Assembly: GCA_003209195.1 (NCBI GenBank)
Contig: QCSF01000003.1
Coordinates: 14,874-78,873, forward strand
DNA: 64,000 nucleotides
Direction of reading: 5' to 3'
Source of the DNA: Pelagibacteraceae bacterium AG-470-E16
Lineage (GTDB): Bacteria > Pseudomonadota > Alphaproteobacteria > Pelagibacterales > Pelagibacteraceae
The translations under genes were made by a program, and so were the position numbers. The notes under the pieces were generated by a model. It ran no database searches. It had not been told where the DNA came from and was given only the letters and a program-made list of their open reading frames with translations. Positions 1-11,284 of this stretch are shown in pieces. Every line of letters starts with the position of its first letter. Position 1 is the first letter of the stretch.

Positions 1-907
1 TACAGCCCATGCCAGCAGCTGTAATAGCTTGTCTAAAAACTTTATCTTTCACATCTCCAGCAGCAAATACTCCATCAATATTTGTAGCTGTTGAATCGGG
101 ATTTGTAATTATATAACCTTCATTATCCATTTTTATTTGATCTTTAAATATACTTGTTGCCGGTATATGGCCAATGGCTACGAAAAATCCATTTACTTTC
201 AATTCTTTGATCTTATTTTTTTTTACGTTTTTTATTGTGATAGAATCTAAATTTTTTGGACTCTCTGTACCATTTATTTTTTCAACTACTGTATCCCATA
301 TAATTTCAACTTTTTTATTATTTAAAATTTTTTTCTGAAGCATTTTTTCTGCTCTTAATCTATCTCTTCTATGAATTAAATATACTTTTGATGCTATCGC
401 AGAAAGATAAACAGCTTCTTCCACAGCAGCATTTCCACCTCCAACAACTGCCACCTCTTGATTTTTGAAAAAAAATCCATCACAGGTCGCGCATGAGCTT
501 ACACCAAAACCTTTAAACTTTTCTTCATTCTCAATACCAAGCCATCTTGCTTGGGCCCCAGTTGATATTATTACTGTATCAGAAATAAAAATATTTCCAT
601 TTTCTCCTTCACATACAAAAGGTCGTTTTGAAAAATCTACTTTGTTTATAATATCTGTTATAAAACAGGTCCCAACATTCTCAGCCTGTTTCTTCATTTC
701 TTCCATTAACCAGGGTCCCTGCACTGCTTTTGAAAAACCTGGATAGTTTTCTACATCAGTTGTGGTTGTTAATTGCCCACCTTGCTCCATACCAGTAACC
801 ATTATTGGGTTTAGCATTGCACGAGATGTGTATACTGCAGCACTATAACCAGCAGGTCCAGAACCGATAATTAAAACTTTAGTTTTATGCTCTTTATTTT
901 GACTCAT
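1..907 (-). CDS. trxB: Thioredoxin-disulfide reductase (3' end runs off the left edge; absent from ORF track)
   Basis: Manual minus-strand translation from ATG at 907: MSQNKEHKTKVLIIGSGPAGYSAAVY...GGQLTTTTDVENYPGF...VSSCATCDGFF...VVGGGNAAVEEA...RQAITAAGMGC. Contains the FAD motif, redox CATC and NADPH motif. Confidence 0.96.
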   Translation of the reverse strand, partial: MSQNKEHKTKVLIIGSGPAGYSAAVYTSRAMLNPIMVTGMEQGGQLTTTTDVENYPGFSKAVQGPWLMEEMKKQAENVGTCFITDIINKVDFSKRPFVCEGENGNIFISDTVIISTGAQARWLGIENEEKFKGFGVSSCATCDGFFFKNQEVAVVGGGNAAVEEAVYLSAIASKVYLIHRRDRLRAEKMLQKKILNNKKVEIIWDTVVEKINGTESPKNLDSITIKNVKKNKIKELKVNGFFVAIGHIPATSIFKDQIKMDNEGYIITNPDSTATNIDGVFAAGDVKDKVFRQAITAAGMGC

Positions 908-952
908 TTGATTAGTTTATAAAAACAATTTAATAAAATAATATTATTTATA

Positions 953-1924
953 ATGAAAGCTTTACACTCTTGGTTACTCACAGAAGGAGCTCATGGAATG
1001 ATCAGTCAGGTCGAGGGATTGGCTAAAGCCTTGAATACAACCTTTGATCATAAAAAAGTGAAGTTGCCATTTTATTCAAAATTCTTACCACCCATAATTA
1101 CCCCAAAAAATAGAGCTTTTTTTAACTATAAACAATTGACACAAGATATAGCTGTTATCCCAGATTTCTTAATTTCGTGTGGTAGAAAAAGCGTGATAGC
1201 AAATGTGGTTTTAAAAAAAATCTTTGAAAAAAAATACAATAAAGTAATTCAAAATATTCATATTCAAGATCCAAAAATTTCATCAAAATTTTTCAATTTT
1301 GTTATCACTCCAGAACATGATAATCCTCTTACAGGACGTAACGTTTTAATTTCAAGAGGTGCGTTACATTATTTAAATGAAGAAGATGTAAAAAATACTA
1401 ATCTAAAAAAAGAAAAGGTTATAACATGTATTTTAGGTGGCCCGAATAAATACTATGATTTTTTTTTTAAAGATATGGAAAGTATATTTAATCAGTTAAT
1501 AGGGTTAAATAATATTAGTAGAGTCAATGTAATAGCATCAAGAAGGACACCCTCCGATGTATTTGAAAAGTTAAGATTAGTTTTCAATGATAAGAAATTT
1601 AATTATGATTATAGTTTACAAAAAATAAATTATACAAAATCTTTGGCTGAAGCGTCTCATATTTTTGTAACATGCGACTCAACATCTATGATCTCAGAAG
1701 CCGCAATAACAGGAAAGCCCATTTATATAGTCAAGCTTAAAAACATTAAAAATGACTACAGATTTAAAAGATTTTTTAATTTATTTAAAGACCTTGGCAT
1801 AATTCGTTTTTTTGAGGGTTCAATTGATAACTGGACTTATGAAAAATTATATGAGACTAAACGGATATCAAAAATTATAATAAGAAAAACAAATGAGCAT
1901 TTTAAAATCTGTAAAGAGCAGTAA
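953..1924 (+). CDS. ELM1/DUF1022-like protein (mitochondrial fission ELM1 family, GT-B-like)
   Basis: Motifs GMISQVEGLAKAL, ISCGRKS, IHIQDPK, PEHD, SRRTP, VTCDSTSMISEAAITGKPIY. Confidence 0.8.
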   Translation: MKALHSWLLTEGAHGMISQVEGLAKALNTTFDHKKVKLPFYSKFLPPIITPKNRAFFNYKQLTQDIAVIPDFLISCGRKSVIANVVLKKIFEKKYNKVIQNIHIQDPKISSKFFNFVITPEHDNPLTGRNVLISRGALHYLNEEDVKNTNLKKEKVITCILGGPNKYYDFFFKDMESIFNQLIGLNNISRVNVIASRRTPSDVFEKLRLVFNDKKFNYDYSLQKINYTKSLAEASHIFVTCDSTSMISEAAITGKPIYIVKLKNIKNDYRFKRFFNLFKDLGIIRFFEGSIDNWTYEKLYETKRISKIIIRKTNEHFKICKEQ

Positions 1925-2555
1925 GCATGGTACCAAACCCTTTAGATATTGGGAATTTGAGAAGCCAATGACTGAAGCAATGATAAATGAACTTTATAAT
2001 GCTCAACTAGATGATCCAACCGCACATAATATTGAATTTGACGGAACTAGAGCAATTGATGGTGGCGATGGAAAATTAAGACAGGGCATTAAGTCAGGTG
2101 GCAAAGCTCTTAAATTCAGATGTTTCGTAAGTAAAGAAAATGAAAAGAAATATCCTGAAATATTAAAATTAGTAAATGAGCTTCAAAAAAAAGAAACCCA
2201 TGAATACATTGGAAAAATGATAGGTAAAGACTTATCCAATTCATATGTTCGTGTTGAGATTTGTTGTGATAGAAAAGGTTTTTGGCTTAAACCTCATTGT
2301 GACATTAAAGAAAAACTGATGTCGTCAATGTTATTTGTAAATCGAAACAATGAGTCTGAAGAACTTGGAACTGATTTTTATAACAAAAAATTCGAAAAAG
2401 TTTATACCGTTCCATATAAAGATAATTACGGTTATTTATTTACAACTGATGAGAACAGTTGGCATGGTTTAGATAAAAAAGTAATTAAAGAAGAAAGACG
2501 TTGTTTGCAAGTAAACTACGTGACTTTTGAGACAGATTATCCGGTTCAAAAATAA
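1893..2555 (+). CDS. 2OG-Fe(II) oxygenase superfamily protein
   Basis: HxD (WLKPHCD), distal His (SWHG) and Arg (RRCLQVNY); overlaps the upstream gene by 32 nt. Confidence 0.75.
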   Translation: MSILKSVKSSKHGTKPFRYWEFEKPMTEAMINELYNAQLDDPTAHNIEFDGTRAIDGGDGKLRQGIKSGGKALKFRCFVSKENEKKYPEILKLVNELQKKETHEYIGKMIGKDLSNSYVRVEICCDRKGFWLKPHCDIKEKLMSSMLFVNRNNESEELGTDFYNKKFEKVYTVPYKDNYGYLFTTDENSWHGLDKKVIKEERRCLQVNYVTFETDYPVQK

Positions 2556-5500
2556 TTATAATTCTTGAATTCTTTTAATATTTAAAAAATTCTTTTTTAA
2601 AGAACTTATTGCTTGAGTACAAGCTTTCGCCCCGGCAAGAGTTGTAAAATAAGGAATTTTATTATTTAGAGCCGCTCTTCGTAATGACCATGAATCTTCT
2701 ATAGATTTTTTTTCAGATGTGGTATTTATGACTAGAGAAATTTTGTTATCATCTAAATATTCAACAATATGAGGACTGCCTTGATTTACTTTATTTATCT
2801 TCACACATTTAATTCCATATTTGTTTAAAATATCTGCAGTCCGACCTGTTCCAAAAATTTTAAACCCGATATCAAAAAGATTTTTTACATATTCACAAAC
2901 CTTATCTTTGTCCTCATCTTTTACGGATATGAACGCTGACCCTTCGGTTGGAAGATCATTTCCAGCTGACATTTGACTTTTTGCAAACGCCATTCCGAAA
3001 TCACTATCAATACCCATGGCCTCTCCCGTTGACTTCATTTCGGGGCCTAAAATGGTATCAACTTCTGGAAATCTATTAAATGGGAATACAGCTTCTTTTA
3101 CCGCAAATATGTCTAGTTTTTTATTTAAATTTTTGAATTCTTTTAATTTTTTTCCTGCCATGACTTGCGAAGCAATTCTTGCGACTGGAATATTTAGAGC
3201 TTTTGAGACATAAGGGATTGTTCTGCTCGCTCGAGGATTAACTTCAAGTATATAAATATAACTACCCCTGATTGCAAATTGAATATTGATAAGACCAACT
3301 ACATTTAACTTTTTGGCAAGAGACGTTGTTTGTTGTTTTAATTCTTTAATTAATTTTTTATCTAACGAGAATGGAGGGATACAACAAGCGGAGTCTCCAG
3401 AGTGAATTCCAGCTTCCTCAATATGCTCCATGATACCTGCAATAAATACATCCTGGCCATCACAAACAGCATCAACATCAATTTCAATTGCATCGTTTAA
3501 AAATTTATCAATCAATACTGGACTATCTCCAGAAACCTGCACAGCTTCCTCTATATAAGTATTAAATTGTTCGTCATCGTGAACTATTTCCATAGCACGA
3601 CCACCCAATACATAAGAAGGTCTTATTATTATTGGGTAACCTATCTTTTTAACAATAGTTTTTGCCTCTTCAATACCTCTTGCTAGACCACTTTCTGCTT
3701 GTTTTAAATTTAGTCGATTAACAATTTGATTAAATTTTTCTCTATCTTCAGCAGTATCAATTGACTCAAGTTGAGTTCCTAAAATAGGAAAGCCTGATCT
3801 GTGAATTTTTTTAGCAAGTTTAATTGGTGTTTGTCCTCCAAACTGAACAATTACACCTTTTATTCTCCCATTCGAACTTTCTTTTTTCAGTATTTCAAAA
3901 ACATATTCATCAATAAGAGGTTCAAAATATAATCTATCACTAGTATCATAATCTGTTGAAACAGTTTCTGGATTGCAATTAATTATAATTGTTTCAAATC
4001 CCATTTCTTTTAATGAAAAACTTGCCTGACAACAGCAATAATCAAATTCAATACCTTGGCCAATTCTATTTGGTCCACTGCCAATTATTATTACTTTTTC
4101 TTTGTTTGATGGGTTAGCTTCACATTCTCCATCAGACATTAAACCATGATCATAAGTTGAATACATATATGGAGTTAATGATGAAAATTCAGCAGCGCAT
4201 GTATCAACTTTTTTATATGAAATTTTAATATCATTATTTTTTTTAAACTCTTCAACTTGATCTAAGGGTTTATTTGATAACTTTGAAATTCTCTGGTCTG
4301 AAAACCCGTCGGATTTAATTAATTTAAACTTCTCTTTTTGAAATGGGCTTTTAATAATTTCATTTTCAGTATCTACAATTTCTTTAATTTGACTTAAGAA
4401 CCAAGGATCGATTTTACAGAGCTGATGAATATCATCTAAACACAATCCTTTTCTAAACCCCTCAGCCACATACAAAATTTTTAAAGGTATATTTTTTTTT
4501 AATTGTTCTTTTATCGTATTTAAATCACAGTCAATATTATCAAAACCAGATAAGCCAACTTCAAGAGAGACCAATGCTTTTTGCAAAGATTCTTTAAAAT
4601 TTCTCCCAATAGACATGCATTCGCCAACGGATTTCATTACAGTTCCAAGCTCTGCTTTACTTTTTTTAAATTTTTCAAAAGCAAACCTTGGAATTTTGGT
4701 AACGACGTAATCTATAGTTGGTTCAAATGATGCCGGTGTTACTTTTGTGATATCATTTTGTATTTCATCCAAAGTATAACCGACTGCTAATTTGGCGGCG
4801 ACTTTTGCAATTGGAAAACCAGTAGCTTTTGATGCTAATGCTGATGATCTAGAAACTCTTGGATTCATTTCTATCACAATCATTCTCCCATCTTTAGGAT
4901 TGATGGCAAACTGAACATTTGACCCTCCCGTTTCAACTCCAATTTTTCTAAGACATGCAATCGAGGCGTTTCTCATTACTTGGTACTCTTTATCAGTTAA
5001 AGTTAGGGCAGGGGCTATTGTAATTGAATCACCAGTATGTATTCCCATTGGATCTAAGTTTTCAATTGAACAAACAATAATTGCGTTATCTTTTTTGTCC
5101 CTCACAACTTCCATTTCAAATTCTTTCCAACCAATAAGGGACTCTTCAACTAAAACTTCATTTGTAGGAGACAACTTTAAACCATTATTTATAATTTTAA
5201 AAAACTCTTCTTCTGTATTTGCTATTCCTCCTCCTGTACCCCCGAGTGTAAATGAAGGTCTAATGATAGAGGGTACTCCAATTTTTTTGTATGCCTCTTT
5301 TGCATCTTTTTCATTTCTGCATATACTTGATCTTGCTGATTTTAGATAAATTTCATTCATATTTCTTTTAAATTTTTCTCTGTTTTCGGCATTATCAATT
5401 GCTTCAGCATTAGCTCCAATTAACTCAACACTGTATTTTTTTAATATTCCTTTTTGATCCAAGCTCATTGCAGCATTAAGTCCAGTTTGACCGCCCATAG

Positions 5501-5765
5501 TTGGAAGAATTGCGTCAGGTTTTTCTTTTTTTATAATCTTTTCTAGAACCTGATCGTTTATAGGTTCAATATAAGTAATATCGGCAACATCTGGATCGGT
5601 CATTATGGTTGCGGGATTTGAGTTCACTAAAACAATTTTATACCCTTCTTGTCTTAATGCTTTGCATGCCTGCGATCCTGAGTAATCAAATTCGCAAGCT
5701 TGTCCGATTACAATTGGACCAGCGCCAATGATCATGATTTTATTGATATCAGTTCTTTTTGGCAT
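2556..5765 (-). CDS. carB: Carbamoyl-phosphate synthase large subunit
   Basis: [18 protein letters not shown], duplicated ATP-grasp domains, C-terminal MGS domain; 1069 aa. Confidence 0.99.
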   Translation of the reverse strand: MPKRTDINKIMIIGAGPIVIGQACEFDYSGSQACKALRQEGYKIVLVNSNPATIMTDPDVADITYIEPINDQVLEKIIKKEKPDAILPTMGGQTGLNAAMSLDQKGILKKYSVELIGANAEAIDNAENREKFKRNMNEIYLKSARSSICRNEKDAKEAYKKIGVPSIIRPSFTLGGTGGGIANTEEEFFKIINNGLKLSPTNEVLVEESLIGWKEFEMEVVRDKKDNAIIVCSIENLDPMGIHTGDSITIAPALTLTDKEYQVMRNASIACLRKIGVETGGSNVQFAINPKDGRMIVIEMNPRVSRSSALASKATGFPIAKVAAKLAVGYTLDEIQNDITKVTPASFEPTIDYVVTKIPRFAFEKFKKSKAELGTVMKSVGECMSIGRNFKESLQKALVSLEVGLSGFDNIDCDLNTIKEQLKKNIPLKILYVAEGFRKGLCLDDIHQLCKIDPWFLSQIKEIVDTENEIIKSPFQKEKFKLIKSDGFSDQRISKLSNKPLDQVEEFKKNNDIKISYKKVDTCAAEFSSLTPYMYSTYDHGLMSDGECEANPSNKEKVIIIGSGPNRIGQGIEFDYCCCQASFSLKEMGFETIIINCNPETVSTDYDTSDRLYFEPLIDEYVFEILKKESSNGRIKGVIVQFGGQTPIKLAKKIHRSGFPILGTQLESIDTAEDREKFNQIVNRLNLKQAESGLARGIEEAKTIVKKIGYPIIIRPSYVLGGRAMEIVHDDEQFNTYIEEAVQVSGDSPVLIDKFLNDAIEIDVDAVCDGQDVFIAGIMEHIEEAGIHSGDSACCIPPFSLDKKLIKELKQQTTSLAKKLNVVGLINIQFAIRGSYIYILEVNPRASRTIPYVSKALNIPVARIASQVMAGKKLKEFKNLNKKLDIFAVKEAVFPFNRFPEVDTILGPEMKSTGEAMGIDSDFGMAFAKSQMSAGNDLPTEGSAFISVKDEDKDKVCEYVKNLFDIGFKIFGTGRTADILNKYGIKCVKINKVNQGSPHIVEYLDDNKISLVINTTSEKKSIEDSWSLRRAALNNKIPYFTTLAGAKACTQAISSLKKNFLNIKRIQEL

Positions 5766-6933
5766 TTTTTTCTACTTCATTGATAAATTCTATAAATAAA
5801 TAATGACTATCATGGGGACCTGGACTTGCCTCTGGATGATATTGTACTGAAAAAGCTTTGTATCTTTTTGATTTAATACCCTCGATAGATTGATCAAATA
5901 AAGATATGTGCGTTATTTCCACATCACTTGGTATATTATCTTTATTTACCTCGAAACCATGATTTTGTGATGTGATTTCTACAAGATTATTTTTTAAATT
6001 TTTTACTGGGTGATTTGCGCCTCTATGCCCTTGATGCATTTTTTTAGTTTCACAGTTTAAAGAATGCGCAAGTAATTGATGACCTAGGCATATACCAAAT
6101 ACTGGAATATTACTGTCTAATATTTTTTTTATAGTTTCATTCGCAAATTCTGATGTGGCGGCGGGGTCACCTGGTCCGTTAGATAAAAAAACTCCATCAG
6201 GATTTAACTCTGATATTTTATTAAATTTTGTGTCAGCTGGTACAACTGTTAATTTTGTTTTTAAATTTGAAAAATTTCTTAAGATATTTTTTTTGCACCC
6301 AAAGTCTAAAACTACTACGTGGTTTTTGTGGTCATCATTTTTATTATACCCTTTTTCTTTCGACCATAGTCCTTCGTCATTCCAATTATAAATCTGTTGC
6401 GTGGTAACTTTTTTTGTTAGTTCCATTCCTTTCAAACCAGGCCAGTTTTTACATTTCTCAAGATATTTTTTTGTATTGGCAATTTCACCATTTACAATTG
6501 TTGCTTTCAAAGCACCTTTGCTTCTGATTAAATTTGTAATAGCTCTGGTATCGACGCCCGTGACTCCTACAATTTGATTTTTTCCTAGCCAAAGATTAAG
6601 TTTTTCAAATGATCTATAATTTGAAGGTTCAGTTATTTCCTTTGCAAATATAACACCTTTTAACCAAACTTTTTCTGATTCTATATCTTCAAAGTTTGTC
6701 CCAACATTCCCTATATGGGGAAATGTGAAGTTTATAATTTGATCAGAGTAGGATGGGTCAGTTATAATTTCCTGATAACCAGTCATTGAAGTATTAAAAC
6801 AAACCTCTCCAACTGAGTGACCTTTATGGCCTATACCTACTGCGGGAATAGATAATCCATTTTCAAAAATGAGAATACCTGTGGGTAGCGATGATAAAAA
6901 ATTTGAATTTGCCTTTTTTTCCTTGTTAAACAA
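5749..6933 (-). CDS. carA: Carbamoyl-phosphate synthase small subunit (TTG start; exact start uncertain)
   Basis: [30 protein letters not shown] (catalytic Cys), [10 protein letters not shown]. Confidence 0.98.
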   Translation of the reverse strand: MFNKEKKANSNFLSSLPTGILIFENGLSIPAVGIGHKGHSVGEVCFNTSMTGYQEIITDPSYSDQIINFTFPHIGNVGTNFEDIESEKVWLKGVIFAKEITEPSNYRSFEKLNLWLGKNQIVGVTGVDTRAITNLIRSKGALKATIVNGEIANTKKYLEKCKNWPGLKGMELTKKVTTQQIYNWNDEGLWSKEKGYNKNDDHKNHVVVLDFGCKKNILRNFSNLKTKLTVVPADTKFNKISELNPDGVFLSNGPGDPAATSEFANETIKKILDSNIPVFGICLGHQLLAHSLNCETKKMHQGHRGANHPVKNLKNNLVEITSQNHGFEVNKDNIPSDVEITHISLFDQSIEGIKSKRYKAFSVQYHPEASPGPHDSHYLFIEFINEVEKNAKKN

Positions 6934-7033
6934 AAATACAACTCATAAGTTAAGAATCAAAATTAAAAAAAAACTTTGGCGTTAATTATGAAAAAGTTTT
7001 ACACTCGTCAAGAAACTAAATTAAATAATCATC

Positions 7034-7492
7034 ATGAGTATATTTAAAAATGTTAACAAAGCACTAAATGAGTCTTTAAAAAACAAGCAAAGTGACAGGG
7101 TTTTAACTTTAAGAGCCATAGTTTCTGCAAAAAAAGACAAGGAAATAGAAAAAAGAACTTTAGATAAGAAAGAAGTAAGCAATGAAGATATGATTTCTAT
7201 ATTAAATAAAATGCTAAAACAAAGAAATGAGTCATTAGAAATGTATCATAAAGCTAAAAGGCAAGATCTCGCAGATAAAGAAAATAACGAAATTAAAATT
7301 ATAAAAGAATTTTTACCACAGCAATTAAGTAATGATGAAGTTGAAAAAGCTTGTGTAGAAGCTATTTCAAAAAGTGAAGCATCTAGCTTAAAAGATATGG
7401 GTAAAGTTATGCAAATTCTAAAAAATAAGCACTTTGGAAGAATAGATTTTTCATTAGCTGGCAAAATTTTAAAAGAAAAACTAAAATCATAA
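7034..7492 (+). CDS. GatB/YqeY domain protein
   Basis: KQRNESLEMY...RQDLADKE..EIKII.EFLPQQLS, KDMGKVM; usual position upstream of dnaG in Alphaproteobacteria. Confidence 0.9.
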   Translation: MSIFKNVNKALNESLKNKQSDRVLTLRAIVSAKKDKEIEKRTLDKKEVSNEDMISILNKMLKQRNESLEMYHKAKRQDLADKENNEIKIIKEFLPQQLSNDEVEKACVEAISKSEASSLKDMGKVMQILKNKHFGRIDFSLAGKILKEKLKS

Positions 7493-9243
7493 TGAAATAT
7501 CCAAAATCATATATTGAAGAGATTAAGAATAGACTTAAAGTTTCAGAGGTAGTGAGGTTGAAAGTCAATTTAAAGAAAAGGGGCAAAGAATTTATTGGTT
7601 TGTCACCTTTTAAAAATGAAAAGACTCCATCATTTACCGTAAACGATGAAAAAGGATTTTATCATTGCTTTAGCACAGGTGAACATGGAAACATTTTTGA
7701 TTTTTTAATGAAATTAGATAATCAAGGATTTGGCGAAATTGTGAAAATACTTGCTCAAAGAGCAGGGATGCAACCTTACCGTTTTACTAAAGAAGATGAA
7801 ATAAAAGAAAAAGAATCTCAAAAAATTCAAAAGCTTTTTGAAATATTTTTTTCAACATGTGAGATAGATCTTCAATCTGATTATAAAAACTCTCATCTAA
7901 AATATCTGATTGATAGAGGATTATCAAAAGATACAATTAAATATTTTAAAATCGGATATTGCGATAATAGTAAAAAAATTCAAGAAAAACTTTTTAGTAA
8001 CAGTTTCACTTCACAAGAGTTAATTAACTCAGGTATGTATTATAAAAAAGACCAATCAGAAGAGTTAGTATGTAGATTTAGAAATAGAATAACATTTCCA
8101 ATATCTAATTATTATAATCAATATATTGGCTGTGGTGGAAGATCTGTTTTAGATAAAGCTTTAGCAAAATATATAAATTCTCCAGAAACAAATTTTTTTA
8201 AAAAAAGCTTTAATTTATATAATTTAAATAATTCAAAAAAGGAAAGTACAAATTCTGAATATCTAATTTTAGTTGAAGGATATATAGACGTAATTTCACT
8301 TTTCAACAATGAAATTAAAAACGTTGCTGCTACACTAGGTACAGCTATTACTACATCTCAAATTAACTTAGCATGGAAAAATTTTGATAAAATTATTATT
8401 TGTTTTGATGGTGATACAAGTGGTATCAACGCTGCATTCAGAGCTGCAGAAAAAATTTTAAAAATATTAAAGCCTGGAAAAGATATTTTATTTTTAACGA
8501 TACCTGATCAGATGGATCCTGATGATTTTATTAATCAGTATGGAAAAAATGGTTTTTTATCTTTATTGAAACAAAGTAAAGATTTAATTGATGTTGTTTT
8601 TAATTATTATTCAAAAAGTGTAAACAGGGTAAAAGCATCAGAAATTGCACTTTTAGAAAAAAAATTATTTAAATTAACAGATGAAATTGAAGATCAAATA
8701 TCAAGGAAGTATGTAAAAAACGCTTTTAGAAATAAGATATTTGAAAATTTAATTAAAAACAAAAATAAAAATAATCTTTGGACAAATAAAGAAGACATGA
8801 AAAAAGCAAGTTTGAGATTAATGCTTTCCAAAGAAGAAATATTAGAGTTATCTTTACTAAATCTTGTTATTAATTACCCAGAATTAAGCCAAAATAAAAT
8901 TGAAGAACTTTCTACTTTAGATTTAAATTTTGATAATAACAGAATTTTTTTGTCAGAGTTCATCGATATTCTTGTAAACAAAAATATTAAGTCGAAAAAA
9001 GAAATTAAAAAGAAATTAGAAATTAATTTTATGGCGTTAATAAAAAAAATTGAATTGAATTCAAATAATAAGAGCATTCTTAATAATATAAATGAGGAGA
9101 TTTTTAATCGAATTTTTGATGATTACATAGTCGAGGTAAAATTACACAATAAGCACAAAGAATTATCTACACTCGAGTTGGAGATGTCAAAAAATCTTAA
9201 CGAAGATACTTATAATCGTTATATTACGCTAAAAAATAGCTAA
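7492..9243 (+). CDS. dnaG: DNA primase
   Basis: EKTPSF, RFRNRITFPI, KYINSPET, TOPRIM VEGYIDV and CFDGDTSG, DPDDF. Confidence 0.97.
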   Translation: MKYPKSYIEEIKNRLKVSEVVRLKVNLKKRGKEFIGLSPFKNEKTPSFTVNDEKGFYHCFSTGEHGNIFDFLMKLDNQGFGEIVKILAQRAGMQPYRFTKEDEIKEKESQKIQKLFEIFFSTCEIDLQSDYKNSHLKYLIDRGLSKDTIKYFKIGYCDNSKKIQEKLFSNSFTSQELINSGMYYKKDQSEELVCRFRNRITFPISNYYNQYIGCGGRSVLDKALAKYINSPETNFFKKSFNLYNLNNSKKESTNSEYLILVEGYIDVISLFNNEIKNVAATLGTAITTSQINLAWKNFDKIIICFDGDTSGINAAFRAAEKILKILKPGKDILFLTIPDQMDPDDFINQYGKNGFLSLLKQSKDLIDVVFNYYSKSVNRVKASEIALLEKKLFKLTDEIEDQISRKYVKNAFRNKIFENLIKNKNKNNLWTNKEDMKKASLRLMLSKEEILELSLLNLVINYPELSQNKIEELSTLDLNFDNNRIFLSEFIDILVNKNIKSKKEIKKKLEINFMALIKKIELNSNNKSILNNINEEIFNRIFDDYIVEVKLHNKHKELSTLELEMSKNLNEDTYNRYITLKNS

Positions 9244-9302
9244 AAATAATTGAAATCTTTCATTTATTTTTCGGAAAAAAAATATAAATTTCAGCATTTA
9301 TT

Positions 9303-11147
9303 GTGGAAAAATTAATATCAAAATCCTTTGAAAGATTAATGGACAAAGGCCTCAACAGAGGTTTTATAACTCATGAGGAGTTAAAAAAGTCATTAGGAAA
9401 AAGAAACAGCAATACTGAAAGTTTGAATAAAGCGTTATTACATATATTTGATCAACTTGTTACTTTAGTTGAAACTAAATCTGATTTTAAAGTTAAAAAG
9501 CAGGAAATCCAAAATTCCAAACAAGCCAAAACTGTAGAAAGAAGTGACGACCCAATTCGCATGTACTTAAGAGAAATGGGTGGTGTTGAGCTTTTATCAA
9601 GAGAGGGTGAAACTGCAATAGCTAAAAGAATAGAGTCAGGTCGATATGTTATGACAAGCTCATTATCAGAGAGTCCAATTACAGCAAAAAAGATTTTCGA
9701 ATGGGAGGAAAAACTTAATAATAATGAAATGCTTGTGAGAGATATTATTGATTTAGACACAAATTTTATTGACGATGAGAAGTTAGCTAAATCAATCAAA
9801 GAAAAAAGCAAAAAAGAAGCCAAGGAAAAAAACCCTAACATTGATACAGAGTCTGACGATGCAAACACTGAAGAAGATGAATTTAATATTTCACTTGCAT
9901 CTTTAGAAATCGAGTTAAAGCCAAAAATTTTGGAAGCGTTTAGCAGAATCACAAAGAATTATAAAAAACTAATCAGCTATCAAAAAGATAAATTAGAATG
10001 TATTCTAAAAAATCAAGCTGTAGGTGAAAGTAAAAAGAGGAGTTACGAAAAAATAAAAAAAGATATTATGGATGAGCTTTTAAAACTTCAATTGAATCAA
10101 GTAACTCAGGAAGACCTTGTCGCTTTAAATTATGCAGAAAATAAAAAAATACTTTCTTATGATGGTGAATTAATGAGAGCAGCCAATAAACATGGAATAT
10201 CGAGAGATGACTTTATAAAATTTTATGTTGGAAATGAATTAAATCCAAATTTTGAAAAATTTCTCAGTGATGAAAATACTTGGTTATCTTTTTTCACAAG
10301 AGAGAAAAAGCTTTTTACAAATTTAAAACAAAAATTAATTGAGCTAAGTAATAATATTGGTATGTCAATTTCGGATTTTAGAATCTTAGTAAATAAAATA
10401 AAAAAAGGTGAGCGGGAGTCAAGAATAGCTAAAAAAGAGATGATCGAAGCAAATTTACGCTTAGTTATTTCAATAGCAAAAAAATATACTAACAGAGGCC
10501 TTCAATTTTTAGATTTAATTCAGGAAGGAAATATAGGATTAATGAAAGCAGTTGATAAATTTGAATATAGAAGAGGATATAAATTTTCCACATATGCAAC
10601 ATGGTGGATTAGACAAGCTATCACCAGATCAATCGCTGATCAAGCTAGAACAATTAGAATTCCAGTTCACATGATCGAAACTATTAATAAAATTGTTAGA
10701 ACACAAAGACAAATGATGAGTGAATATGGTAGAGAACCAACGCCAGAAGAATTATCAAAAAAACTAGCGATGCCATTAGAGAAAGTTCGAAAAGTTTTAA
10801 AAATTGCAAAAGAACCAGTTTCTTTAGAAACACCAGTTGGTGATGAAGATGATAGTACACTTGGAGATTTTATTGAAGACTCGAATGCTTTAATACCTGT
10901 TGATGCAGCTGTTCAAACAGCCTTAAAAAATACAACGACAAAGGTTTTAGCCTCTTTAACACCAAGAGAAGAGAGAGTTTTAAGGATGAGATTTGGGATT
11001 GGTATGAATACAGACCATACATTAGAAGAGGTTGGTCAACAATTCTCAGTGACTAGAGAGAGAATTAGGCAGATAGAAGCAAAAGCTCTAAGAAAATTGA
11101 AACACCCCAGTAGATCAAGACAATTAAAAAGTTTTTTAGACAATTAA
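9303..11147 (+). CDS. rpoD: RNA polymerase primary sigma factor sigma-70 (GTG start)
   Basis: [91 protein letters not shown]. Confidence 0.99.
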   Translation: MEKLISKSFERLMDKGLNRGFITHEELKKSLGKRNSNTESLNKALLHIFDQLVTLVETKSDFKVKKQEIQNSKQAKTVERSDDPIRMYLREMGGVELLSREGETAIAKRIESGRYVMTSSLSESPITAKKIFEWEEKLNNNEMLVRDIIDLDTNFIDDEKLAKSIKEKSKKEAKEKNPNIDTESDDANTEEDEFNISLASLEIELKPKILEAFSRITKNYKKLISYQKDKLECILKNQAVGESKKRSYEKIKKDIMDELLKLQLNQVTQEDLVALNYAENKKILSYDGELMRAANKHGISRDDFIKFYVGNELNPNFEKFLSDENTWLSFFTREKKLFTNLKQKLIELSNNIGMSISDFRILVNKIKKGERESRIAKKEMIEANLRLVISIAKKYTNRGLQFLDLIQEGNIGLMKAVDKFEYRRGYKFSTYATWWIRQAITRSIADQARTIRIPVHMIETINKIVRTQRQMMSEYGREPTPEELSKKLAMPLEKVRKVLKIAKEPVSLETPVGDEDDSTLGDFIEDSNALIPVDAAVQTALKNTTTKVLASLTPREERVLRMRFGIGMNTDHTLEEVGQQFSVTRERIRQIEAKALRKLKHPSRSRQLKSFLDN

Positions 11148-11197
11148 ATTAATGGATTTATTTTTCGTTTTATTAGTGTAAAGAATAGTTTAATTTA

Positions 11198-11274
11198 GGG
11201 CCTGTAGCTCAGTTGGTTAGAGCCCCCCGCTCATAACGGGGTTGTCGGGGGTTCAAATCCCTCCGGGCCCACCA
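11198..11274 (+). tRNA. tRNA with CAT anticodon, most likely tRNA-Ile2 (lysidine-modified)
   Basis: Cloverleaf: acceptor GGGCCTG/CGGGCCC, D arm AGCTCAGTTGGTTAGAGC, anticodon arm CCCCG-CTCATAA-CGGGG (CAT at 11232-11234), GGTTCAAATCC, encoded CCA. The G1-C72 pair excludes initiator tRNA; C4-G69 and C5-G68 are the TilS determinants; position after rpoD matches ileX. Confidence 0.93.
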
Positions 11275-11284
11275 TTGCATTAAC

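Noticed and set aside
11198-11274. Calling the CAT tRNA a tRNA-Met or initiator tRNA
   Set aside because: It has a G1-C72 pair and lacks the three G-C anticodon-stem pairs of the initiator; C4-G69/C5-G68 and the position after rpoD favour Ile2
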